A program made the position numbers and the translations under genes. This document shows, piece after piece, positions 9,673 through 21,176 of a stretch of DNA of 64,000 nt; position 1 is the stretch's first letter; every line of letters starts with the position of its first letter. The notes under the pieces were generated by a model. That model worked only from the letters and a program-made list of their open reading frames with translations. It had not been told where the DNA came from and made no database searches. Source of the DNA: Alphaproteobacteria bacterium (lineage in GTDB: Bacteria > Pseudomonadota > Alphaproteobacteria > Rs-D84); the NCBI GenBank assembly GCA_017443235.1, contig JAFSOV010000017.1, positions 32,947 through 96,946 on the forward strand, given 5' to 3'.

Positions 9673-9770
9673 TAGTGGTTAGTGGATAGAGTAAGTGGTT
9701 AGTAGATTCTGGAATAGTTTCGTAATTGTGCGCTTATTCCAGATATAACTAACCACTAGCCACTAACACC
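9673..9770. repeat. palindromic array of TTAGTGG-type heptads around a CTGGAATA/TATTCCAG hairpin
   Basis: TAGTGGTTAGTGGATAGAGTAAGTGGTTAGTAG ... CTAACCACTAGCCACTAAC. Confidence 0.8.
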
Positions 9771-9816
9771 TGTCGCGGCATGACCGCGCCGCGGTCGTGA
9801 CGGACTAACAACTATA

Positions 9817-10500
9817 TTACCATTCTATCGGCGTGCCGCCATGTGCGGCAATGTATTCGTTCGCGCGGCTAAAATGATGATTTCCAAAGAATCCGCGGTG
9901 TGCCGAAAGTGGCGATGGATGCACACTTTTCAAAATTAAATTCTTGGACGCATCAACAAATTCGGCCTTTCTTTGCGCATACGAACCCCAGAGCATATAA
10001 ACCACCCCATCGCGCCGGGTTGCCAACGCCCGAATTACCGCATCGGTAAATTGTTCCCAACCACGCCCCGCGTGCGATGCCGCCAAATGCGCCGCAACCG
10101 TCAATGTTGAATTTAATAATAAAACGCCCTGCTTTGCCCACGCGGTCAAATCGCCGTGTGTGGGACTGGGCCGGCCCAAATCCGATTCAATTTCTTTATA
10201 AATATTGACCAATGATGGTGGTGGCGTGAGTCCGTCCGGCACCGAAAAACACAGACCCATCGCCTGGCCCGGTTCGTGGTATGGGTCTTGGCCAATAATC
10301 ACAACACGCACAGAATCAAACGGACACAGGTTAAACGCATTAAAAATATTTTTTGCCGCAGGATAAATTTTCTTACCCGCCAAATATTCCCCGCGTACAA
10401 AATCGGTCAGGCGAACAAAATATTCTTTATCAAATTCATCCGCCAAAACACGTTTCCAAGATTCTTCTATTTTCACATCCATATCGTTCACTCCGTTCAA
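9817..10500 (-). CDS. ung: uracil-DNA glycosylase
   Basis: GQDPYH and HPSPLSA motifs. Confidence 0.9.
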   Translation of the reverse strand: MNGVNDMDVKIEESWKRVLADEFDKEYFVRLTDFVRGEYLAGKKIYPAAKNIFNAFNLCPFDSVRVVIIGQDPYHEPGQAMGLCFSVPDGLTPPPSLVNIYKEIESDLGRPSPTHGDLTAWAKQGVLLLNSTLTVAAHLAASHAGRGWEQFTDAVIRALATRRDGVVYMLWGSYAQRKAEFVDASKNLILKSVHPSPLSAHRGFFGNHHFSRANEYIAAHGGTPIEW

Positions 10501-11142
10501 TTACCCACTTTTATCAAACCTATTTGTAATGATTTCCATAACACAACATCAATATATCCCCGCGGAAGCCCGGTCGCCGCAACCATATGCGCGAACATAT
10601 CATCACATGCCCGTTTTACATCCGGCGTCAATTTACCATTTTCGTCTATACGGCGGATTCCGGCGTATTGCGCGCCCAAACGGCGAATCCAAACATCATA
10701 TTTTACTACATCGACGCCCAAATTCCGCGCCAAATGATTCGCGGTAATTTTTCCAATATGCGGCAATTGCGCCAGATATTTTAATCTATATTCATCAGTT
10801 GCGCATTTATAAAAACCATCGCACAGCGTGGCGCGATTATCCCAAATTTTACAAATTGCATTTATTTTATTTTTGTTATGAAACATTTGAAAAATCGCGT
10901 CAAAATCCGCACCATTTTTATAAATGTAATCCATAATATTTTTATGAATCCGTTTTGCGGTTTTTTGTGAAAACCCGCCCGCCAAGATTACATAGGCGCA
11001 CATTTCTGCGAACGCGTCCGGCGCAAGTCTGCGCGGATGTGCCAACATTTCGCGAATTTCATCAAAAGATTGGGCGTCACTGTCCGCGCCCATATCTTTT
11101 ATTTTTTTCTCTAAATCAAAGAACCATTTTGCAGAAAACATA

Positions 11143-13922
<2,780 letters not shown>

Positions 13923-13966
13923 CTATAATTGTCAAAGAAAAAGGCAAAAAATAAAGGAAAAAATAA

Positions 13967-14539
13967 ATGAAATTCAAATTATTGTATTTTGGCGAAATTT
14001 TAATAAATCCCAAAAAACGGGCCCAGCATATATCCGACATTCGTATGCAATTTCACCCGCAATTAAAGAAATTGGTCGAACACCAACCGTGGGACAAATT
14101 GACCCAATATATGGCGCCGAACCCGGCCAAAAGCCCAATCATTACCCGTCATGTCGGTGGCATAGATTGGAACCCGATTATTACGCCAAAATTGAAATTG
14201 ATTGCGGAATTGGACATCCAAATGTTGCACCCGGAAATTATTGGTGTTCCGCGTTCAGACATCGACAACCGTATCAAGACATTATTCGACGGTCTGCGTT
14301 GTCCACAAAACGAACACGAAATTGGGCAAAACGTTCCACGTGACGCGGGACCGATTTATACCCTGCTGGATGACGACCATTTGATAACCAAGATATCCGT
14401 GAATACCAGTCACTTGCTGTCATCACATATGTTTCATCCGGACCTGGCCACGGCCAGTCCCGATTGCGTATTTATGATGATTGACGTGAACCTGCGCGTG
14501 GCCGAAGGAACATTAGAAAACCTGCCGTTTATGGTGTAA
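13967..14539 (+). CDS. RusA-like (Holliday-junction-resolvase fold) protein with C-terminal extension, tentative
   Basis: RSDIDNRIKTLFDGL ... LLDDDHLI matches the RusA D-[IL]-DN-x2-K-x3-D-x-L ... DD pattern. Confidence 0.45.
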   Translation: MKFKLLYFGEILINPKKRAQHISDIRMQFHPQLKKLVEHQPWDKLTQYMAPNPAKSPIITRHVGGIDWNPIITPKLKLIAELDIQMLHPEIIGVPRSDIDNRIKTLFDGLRCPQNEHEIGQNVPRDAGPIYTLLDDDHLITKISVNTSHLLSSHMFHPDLATASPDCVFMMIDVNLRVAEGTLENLPFMV

Positions 14540-14551
14540 AGGAATATCGTT

Positions 14552-15382
14552 ATGACAAAAACTGTCACAATCTTTGGAAAAAAATATCCGGCATACGAAT
14601 ATAATGCAACCGAATTGCGGTATATTCTGTCAGATTTTTTTAAAACACAAAGACATTTTTCTGCCAAAGAATATTACGATTACGTTATAAAACATCACCC
14701 AGAATACAAAAGCTTTTTTCATCCAACCGAAAGACAAATTGAAAAAATGATTATTGAAAAACTAGGTCGGGGCGCGATGGACGGCGCAAACAGTGTAATC
14801 TATTTTGACAATAAATTCGGAACAAAAATTGCCGCAGATTATAAATACCCAAACAATATGTCCGATATAGAATACCATTTTTATATGATAAAGAAACGCG
14901 GCTTTGCCACTATTTCAGGAAAAATAAATATCAAAGATAAACAAAGTGCATACCTGGAAGCATGGCAAAATATGCATTATCCACCAGAAAATGATATGCA
15001 AATTTTGCACGAACTGTATTATGAAATACTGGAATTAAATCCGGAATTAAAACTGTACAATTTTGATATCAACAACCGACAAAGGCTTATACAATTTCTT
15101 TACGGAATTTGTTACAGGTTGCCAATAGCAGACATTATGAAGTTTGTAACCGGTCGCACAGAACAAGAAACCAAGGAAGAATTAAACAATAAAATCAAAT
15201 CACTTGAAAAATATGGAATACAACGAATGGATTTTGGATGGATTACATCTGACGAAACAATAAAAAGAATCGAACAACAAATGGCAACAAAAGTATTGGA
15301 ACGTGCCACAGAAAAAATTAAACAAAACGATACCCAACCAAAGAAACAAAGGAAATTTATAAACATCTTTAAACAGCGTTGA
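14552..15382 (+). CDS. hypothetical protein (276 aa), AT-rich, bracketed by a 24-bp direct repeat
   Basis: AGAAAACCTGCCGTTTATGGTGTA occurs at 14515-14538 and at 15387-15410. Confidence 0.55.
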   Translation: MTKTVTIFGKKYPAYEYNATELRYILSDFFKTQRHFSAKEYYDYVIKHHPEYKSFFHPTERQIEKMIIEKLGRGAMDGANSVIYFDNKFGTKIAADYKYPNNMSDIEYHFYMIKKRGFATISGKINIKDKQSAYLEAWQNMHYPPENDMQILHELYYEILELNPELKLYNFDINNRQRLIQFLYGICYRLPIADIMKFVTGRTEQETKEELNNKIKSLEKYGIQRMDFGWITSDETIKRIEQQMATKVLERATEKIKQNDTQPKKQRKFINIFKQR

Positions 15383-15508
15383 TAAAAGAAAACCTGCCGT
15401 TTATGGTGTAGAGTGATTATCCGTCTTCGCAATCTTGCGATTGCTACGCCGAGACTGCGCCCGACCATGTCTGGCTTGGTGGCGATTGTTGATGATAACT
15501 AATTTATA

Positions 15509-15691
15509 CTAAATATCACTCATCATTTGTTGGGTTATTGCACAAATTAAACCAACGAATTCATTTTGGGACATTCTGTAATTGGGATGTTTAGAATAAA
15601 AATCCAAAACCGCGGTAATCAATTCTTCTTTGCCGGAATAAACCTTTACTTTGGGTTTTGTAATATTTTCTCCTTTTGATTTATTTAACAA
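15509..15691 (-). CDS. ~55-60-aa cassette protein (class 1, KHPxY motif), start uncertain
   Basis: Homolog of 9222-9419. The track start TTG lies inside the leader terminator T-run. AAAGGAG is followed by ATT. No in-frame ATG lies near the 5' end. Confidence 0.5.
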   Translation of the reverse strand: MLNKSKGENITKPKVKVYSGKEELITAVLDFYSKHPNYRMSQNEFVGLICAITQQMMSDI

Positions 15692-15872
15692 AAAACCGCC
15701 CGGAAAAAATCAAGACGGTTGGAGGTTAAAGAACTATTACGTTAGAAATAGGTGGGCCTTATTCATTTATTCAGGCCCCCTCCAACCGATGGTTGGAGGG
15801 TTTTTATGTCCCCACGGACACTAACGTAATAGAGGTTCTTTAATCCCTCATCAACAGAACGCCTGTTGACAA
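15690..15872 (-). ncRNA. structured leader RNA, cassette copy B
   Basis: Helices 15835-15843/15726-15734 and 15821-15828/15738-15745. CCTCCAACC (15799-15791), GGTTGGAGG (15787-15779), CCTCCAACC (15725-15717). Terminator plus T-run ends about 15690. Confidence 0.65.
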
Positions 15873-15913
15873 TGGAAACATATAATAAAATCAACTAAAA
15901 ATCAAATATAAAA

Positions 15914-15937
15914 TTCCAGAATCTACTAACCGCTAAC
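15914..15937. repeat. TTAGNGG-type heptads overlapping the stop codon of the upstream gene
   Basis: Minus-strand reading: GAGTTAGCGGTTAGTAGATTCTGGAA. Matches the arm of the 9673-9770 palindrome. Confidence 0.7.
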
Positions 15938-17063
15938 TCAAAAACGCCGTGATTTGGTCTTGCATTTGGAATGTTCCCAACACTATCCACGCAATGACAC
16001 CGGATATCAATAATATTCCAACCGTATTCAATGTTTCCGCCAAAGATTCGATTCTTTTAACAGAATTTTCCAAATAGTCATTTGAAATCTGGGTCAGGTT
16101 TTCATCAAAATCGTTCATATCGGCATAAATTGTCAAATCGCCAATCAGTTCATTGTTTGGAAAATCCATCCCCGTATTCTGTAATGCGTTCCCAAGGTTG
16201 TCACCATTTGCAATATAATGCAAAGTTTCTTCTAAAATACGCCGCAGATACCTGTTTGAATTATCCGCCAACATTCGCATTGCGTCCGGTATCGTCACAC
16301 CGGCCGCCACCATCGCAGAAAGCGACATCATCCAACTGACCGACAAACGAATTTTATATATGTTCCATGGTGGCAAATTATCCAACATCGCACGAACGCG
16401 TCCCGAAAGTCTTGGCAAAGACCACCATATAAAACACATCATCACGGCAAACACCACCGAAAAAGGTTTCCAATAATTTCCGGCCAAATTTGATAACCAT
16501 ATAAGTGACGCCGCGCCCCCAGACCAAACCATATTATCACCGGCAACCGCGGACAGGGGCGGAACCAGATAAAGCCCGACCATAATTATAATCGCAAAAA
16601 CCAAAACCAATAATAATGTCGGGTATGCAATGGCACTGAATACTGCGCCCCCTATTCTTTTATTTGCAACAATTATACGCCCGACATTTTCAAGTGCGAC
16701 AATCAAACTGGACATATTCCCGGATGTAAGCAGTAATGTTTCTTCGGCCGGAACCCAACCACGTGTGGCCTCGGAAAAACTAAGACCGCGTTCCAGGTTT
16801 TTTTCCCATTCGCGCATACATATTGCAAACGGTTCGTTTGGTTTTGCACCGCCATGCGATTCTATCATTTGCAACCGGTTCAACGCGTTCACCAAAGTGA
16901 AATCATTTTTCAGCAATGAAACCAATTTACGCCAAATCGATATACGTTTGTCATTACTGAGTTTGCAAACCATTTTGGCGTAAAATATTTCAAGTCTGTT
17001 CATATCAATAAACCCCCGGTCTGTCCAGAAGTCCAACCCAGCGTTCCAATTCATCAACACCAA
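15933..17063 (-). CDS. GspF/PilC-family inner-membrane platform protein (PilR-type in type IVb nomenclature)
   Basis: 376 aa, TM segments and two GspF-like repeats. Overlaps the upstream ATPase gene. Confidence 0.75.
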   Translation of the reverse strand: MVLMNWNAGLDFWTDRGFIDMNRLEIFYAKMVCKLSNDKRISIWRKLVSLLKNDFTLVNALNRLQMIESHGGAKPNEPFAICMREWEKNLERGLSFSEATRGWVPAEETLLLTSGNMSSLIVALENVGRIIVANKRIGGAVFSAIAYPTLLLVLVFAIIIMVGLYLVPPLSAVAGDNMVWSGGAASLIWLSNLAGNYWKPFSVVFAVMMCFIWWSLPRLSGRVRAMLDNLPPWNIYKIRLSVSWMMSLSAMVAAGVTIPDAMRMLADNSNRYLRRILEETLHYIANGDNLGNALQNTGMDFPNNELIGDLTIYADMNDFDENLTQISNDYLENSVKRIESLAETLNTVGILLISGVIAWIVLGTFQMQDQITAFLS

Positions 17064-18642
17064 TTATACCCTGCAACATCAAAGAACATGCAGATTCTTT
17101 TAATGTGCGACCATCCATTTCTTCCAACCAATATTTGACGGCCGCATCGGTATTCCCGGCCAACGCCAATTGTAAAAATTCACTGTTGGTTATTATAATT
17201 TCACCGGCCTTGATACGTCCTAATGTTCCGGTTCCATTGCACGCGTCACAACCCGGGCCGCGAACATATACCTGATTCAATCCCAAATCGCCGAACGTAT
17301 CCATCACACGGGCATATTCCGGATATTCCGGATGATTCTTTAATTTTTCGCGACAATGCGGACACAGTCTTTTGAACAAACGCATAGAAACCAAACCGCG
17401 CATCATCGTTTCTTCTTTTAACTTGAACGCTTCGACCCCCATATCCAATAATCGCACCAGGGCCGCCATCGCAGAATTCGCATGCAGTGTTGTCCACACA
17501 TTATGCCCCGACAACGCACCCTTAACCGTCAATTGCGCGGCGGCCAAAGTTCTTATTTCACCAACCATCAATGTATCGGGGTCACTGCGCAGTGCGGCGG
17601 CCAATGCCTCGGTATATTCGGCTTCGCGCTGTTCTTCACTTGCGGTATTCACAACCGGAATTTGATGCGCACCAAAAATCTTTTGTTCGACCGGGTCTTC
17701 CACAGTGATAAGGTTGATTTCATAATTATGTTCTTTTAACATCAACACCATATTGCGAACCAACGTTGTTGATTTACCAGAACTGGTTGGACCGGCAACA
17801 ACAACCAAACCCGTTGGATACGAACGCAGACGCCGCAAAAGTATTTGTTCATATTTTCCAAATTCTTGTTCGGTTGTTATGTTTTCAGACGGATTATCAT
17901 ACAACAATCGCATAACGACATATCGCGAACCAAATGCAATCGGGTTAAATTGCATTCTTATACTAAGTACCCCTTGGGGCAAATATAAATCTTTTGTCCC
18001 ACGCAACGGTGTGCGCCCGTCTTTTTGGGCCGATTGATATTCGTTTTGGGCATAGTTCGCATTTGAAATATCGGCCGATGCGAATGCGGCGCGAACAAAA
18101 GATTCGCCCCACCCCGAATTAAATTCCAGAACCGGTTGCATACTGCCGTCTATACGGAAATATATTGTTGTTTGGTCTGCAACCTCAATATGAATATCCG
18201 AAACCTTTTGTGCGGCGGCCTTGGCAATAATATCAACAAAATCTTTCTGCATTTGGTTGTTAAAATCGACACGCGAACGATTTCCTTCGCCCAAGGTATT
18301 TTCATAATATTTATATATCGCAGACACCAAACCCAAATCAGAATAAAACGGTATGCGCATAGGACGATTTTTTTTGCGCAACAAATCCATAAACGCAATT
18401 ACACGCCCATCATATCGATGTGTACGTGAAATAATAAGACACCCACCCGAAAAGTACGCCAATAAACCCTGGGTTTCTTTGGGTAATTCAAATTCACCGC
18501 CCGGCGCCGTCAACAAATGATTATTTTCGGTGAACAGGTATTCAATTATCTCTTTGTTATCGGCATGTTCCAACCCCGCCGGCACAGACGGTTTTTGGGA
18601 ATCAGGCGTTTTTTCTAAAACATTCTTGTCATCGTTTTTCAT
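17005..18642 (-). CDS. GspE/PilB-family secretion/pilus ATPase
   Basis: Walker A GPTSSGKSTT, VEDPVE, MVGEIR, His-box TTLHAN, CPHC...CDACNGTG tetracysteine. Confidence 0.9.
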   Translation of the reverse strand: MKNDDKNVLEKTPDSQKPSVPAGLEHADNKEIIEYLFTENNHLLTAPGGEFELPKETQGLLAYFSGGCLIISRTHRYDGRVIAFMDLLRKKNRPMRIPFYSDLGLVSAIYKYYENTLGEGNRSRVDFNNQMQKDFVDIIAKAAAQKVSDIHIEVADQTTIYFRIDGSMQPVLEFNSGWGESFVRAAFASADISNANYAQNEYQSAQKDGRTPLRGTKDLYLPQGVLSIRMQFNPIAFGSRYVVMRLLYDNPSENITTEQEFGKYEQILLRRLRSYPTGLVVVAGPTSSGKSTTLVRNMVLMLKEHNYEINLITVEDPVEQKIFGAHQIPVVNTASEEQREAEYTEALAAALRSDPDTLMVGEIRTLAAAQLTVKGALSGHNVWTTLHANSAMAALVRLLDMGVEAFKLKEETMMRGLVSMRLFKRLCPHCREKLKNHPEYPEYARVMDTFGDLGLNQVYVRGPGCDACNGTGTLGRIKAGEIIITNSEFLQLALAGNTDAAVKYWLEEMDGRTLKESACSLMLQGIIGVDELERWVGLLDRPGVY

Positions 18643-18656
18643 CTGTTATGCCAAAA

Positions 18657-19358
18657 CTAATTTTTATTACCAACATTCAATGTTTGAATTTCACCGTCTT
18701 TGATAAACACAACACCTTCGTCCAACGATATAGATTTAACGGTATAACCATCCAATTGTTTTCCAACACTAAGACGTTTGTTTTGCCCATTGGATAAATC
18801 CTGGACGGTTGCCTGTAATTGGGCGCCCGCACCGAATACATTCAACAGTTTGTAATTTTTTTCTATTTCAACATCTTTTGGTGCCTCGGCCACGAACGAT
18901 TGCTGTCTTAGTGGTTGATTTTGCACTTCTTGTTGTTTGTTGACCATAGATTCTTTTTCCAATTCCAAACGTTTTGCTTCGGCCTCTAAACGTGCGCGTT
19001 CTGTTTCAAATTCTTGTTGTTGTTGTTCCGCGCGTCCCGACAGCGTATCAATTTCCATATGCAATTTGATTTTTTCTGCGGCCAACCGGTCCAAATCCAG
19101 GTTCAATTGCGCGCGTTCTTTTTCCAATTGCATCAAAACCTTTTCTTGTTCCAAATCTGTGATTTGCTGGAACAAAGAACCATCAACCTGGTAATCTTCG
19201 ATTGCGTCTGCGGAAAATTCTTCATTTGCCGCGATATCGTTTGAATTTACTTCTTCGATAACATCGACAACATTTTCGAATACTGTATCACAATATCCGG
19301 ATGTCACACCGAACAAAACACAAACCGAAACAAATAACATTTTTATTTTATTTTGCAT
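18657..19358 (-). CDS. secreted coiled-coil protein with PilP-like C-terminal domain (tentative)
   Basis: Signal peptide, long E/Q/L-rich coiled coil. The C-terminus LSVGKQLDGYTVKSISLDEGVVFIKDGEIQTL resembles PilP beta-domains. Confidence 0.5.
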   Translation of the reverse strand: MQNKIKMLFVSVCVLFGVTSGYCDTVFENVVDVIEEVNSNDIAANEEFSADAIEDYQVDGSLFQQITDLEQEKVLMQLEKERAQLNLDLDRLAAEKIKLHMEIDTLSGRAEQQQQEFETERARLEAEAKRLELEKESMVNKQQEVQNQPLRQQSFVAEAPKDVEIEKNYKLLNVFGAGAQLQATVQDLSNGQNKRLSVGKQLDGYTVKSISLDEGVVFIKDGEIQTLNVGNKN

Positions 19359-20610
19359 AGATTATCACCTCATAGTTCCACATTTTTCTGGCCACGTTCC
19401 ACGCCGCCTTGGTCATATATACGCCGCCAAAATCTTCAAAAATCAACATAAATTGAGACGGTATCAATTTAGATTCCACCGCAACTTCGACAACGTATAT
19501 TTCTGCCGATTGGGTTTCATTCGAAACTGCATCGACAACAACTGTTATATTTGGGTCCAAATTTATTGCCTGGAAACGACTTGTCAATTCGCGGACAATT
19601 GAATCCGGGTCACGTATATCTTGTGACGGCACCGCGATACGTTCAGGCAATTTTGCACGCGCCAAAATTTCATTATCATTTATTTCTTGAACAAATATAC
19701 CGGGCATAACATTTGCGGCAACCGAATAAAAATCGTCCAATGTTCCAAAAGAACGTTTGAATGTAGCAAACGCGTGTGTTTCGCCGCATTCGGCAACCGT
19801 TTGATTCCACCCCGGAACCTGTTGCATTAAAAATCCAATTGCACGATAACATAAATCTGCACGCTCACCCGGATCCGGCAAAGATTCGTACGGCATCACC
19901 AAAGGTTCAATCGGCGCGGGTTGACGCATATTAAATTCTTTATCTAATTCTTTATTTTTTTCTTCTATTTGCCGATGATATTCTGCGGCCAATTCTGGGT
20001 TTTGACGTGCCATTTGGGGTTTAGGCGAAAACATTTCATTTATTGGTTCGCGGAAAATATATAAAAACACAAACACAAATAACGCAAAAATCGCCAACGA
20101 CATAAGACCCGCACCAAAATGACTTATCGAACGCAACACACCGTGCGCGGGCCCAAAAACCAAATCCGCCAAGTCACGTTCCACCGTGCGCGGCATCCCC
20201 CAAGATGCAGGCGCAAACAATGCATTCCAATCGGGTATTTCCGCCAATTCTGCAAATTTTTCACGGACCGCAGATTCAGAATCGAAAATCAAATCATAAA
20301 TTATCACCCCGTTTCTAACGGCAACCAAAACAAATTTATTATCAACCATAAACGCACAGAGCATTGATGCATATCCGGGCAATGCCTCTACAATTTCGGC
20401 CGCAATGGATGGCATACCCGAACGTTGACCGTTCACGCGCGCGCCCAAACCAACCATACCATTATATGAAATATATTGATTTAACCGGCGGTCAATTCCG
20501 CGTGCCAATTTGTATGCGTATGCGCGTGGCGTAAATCCCGCAACCAACGGTTGCCACAGCAATCCCGCCGCATACTTTTTTCGTTTAATATGTACGTATT
20601 GTCCTGACAA
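19348..20610 (-). CDS. type IVb pilus PilO(2)-like protein (tentative)
   Basis: N-terminal KKYAAGLLWQPL, central TM helix, and position upstream of the PilP-like and ATPase genes. Confidence 0.45.
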   Translation of the reverse strand: MSGQYVHIKRKKYAAGLLWQPLVAGFTPRAYAYKLARGIDRRLNQYISYNGMVGLGARVNGQRSGMPSIAAEIVEALPGYASMLCAFMVDNKFVLVAVRNGVIIYDLIFDSESAVREKFAELAEIPDWNALFAPASWGMPRTVERDLADLVFGPAHGVLRSISHFGAGLMSLAIFALFVFVFLYIFREPINEMFSPKPQMARQNPELAAEYHRQIEEKNKELDKEFNMRQPAPIEPLVMPYESLPDPGERADLCYRAIGFLMQQVPGWNQTVAECGETHAFATFKRSFGTLDDFYSVAANVMPGIFVQEINDNEILARAKLPERIAVPSQDIRDPDSIVRELTSRFQAINLDPNITVVVDAVSNETQSAEIYVVEVAVESKLIPSQFMLIFEDFGGVYMTKAAWNVARKMWNYEVIIYAK

Positions 20611-20723
20611 ATTTTCTCTCTCGCACTACCTGTGATAGATTATAACACAAAAACAATATTTAATTCCAGTGTAAAAAACCGTTATTTTCATAACGGTTTT
20701 TAATTTTTATATATTTTTTTACT

Positions 20724-21158
20724 TTATTGAAAACATCTGCCGTCATTGACACCATTAAACGTGACACCACGACACGGTTTTATTTCATATTCCGGCATCG
20801 CCGAATCAGAACGCGCGGTCCGAACCGTCCGTACATTTGGGCAATCATAAACATTTGCCGCCAAAACGAATGCACGTTCCGGTCCAAAAATCACCCATTC
20901 ATTTGGCCGTGTTCTTTGACTAACAATCCAATACGCATTACCGGGGCGCGCCTGGTCTGCGATACGGTTTTCCAAATACCGCCGTGCATCATCTTGGTCA
21001 TAAACCGAAACTTCTGATTCTAATTTATACAGGAAAGTGCACCCAATTGGTTCACCGTCCAATTGCTTGATATATTCACTGCCGTTTTCATTTTTGATAT
21101 ATCCGCCGCATCCCCAAAGTACAATCGCAGACAAAATCATAATTAAATATTTTTTCAT
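20724..21158 (-). CDS. lipoprotein (possibly DUF4156-like)
   Basis: Lipobox LWGC. 144 aa. Confidence 0.45.
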   Translation of the reverse strand: MKKYLIMILSAIVLWGCGGYIKNENGSEYIKQLDGEPIGCTFLYKLESEVSVYDQDDARRYLENRIADQARPGNAYWIVSQRTRPNEWVIFGPERAFVLAANVYDCPNVRTVRTARSDSAMPEYEIKPCRGVTFNGVNDGRCFQ

Positions 21159-21176
21159 CCTTTTTCCTTTTTTTGT

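Noticed and set aside
9673-9770. Heptad arrays as a possible CRISPR array or other spaced-repeat system
   Set aside because: The units are 6-7 nt long and contiguous, with no spacers. They are far too short for CRISPR repeats. No cas genes are present in the window.
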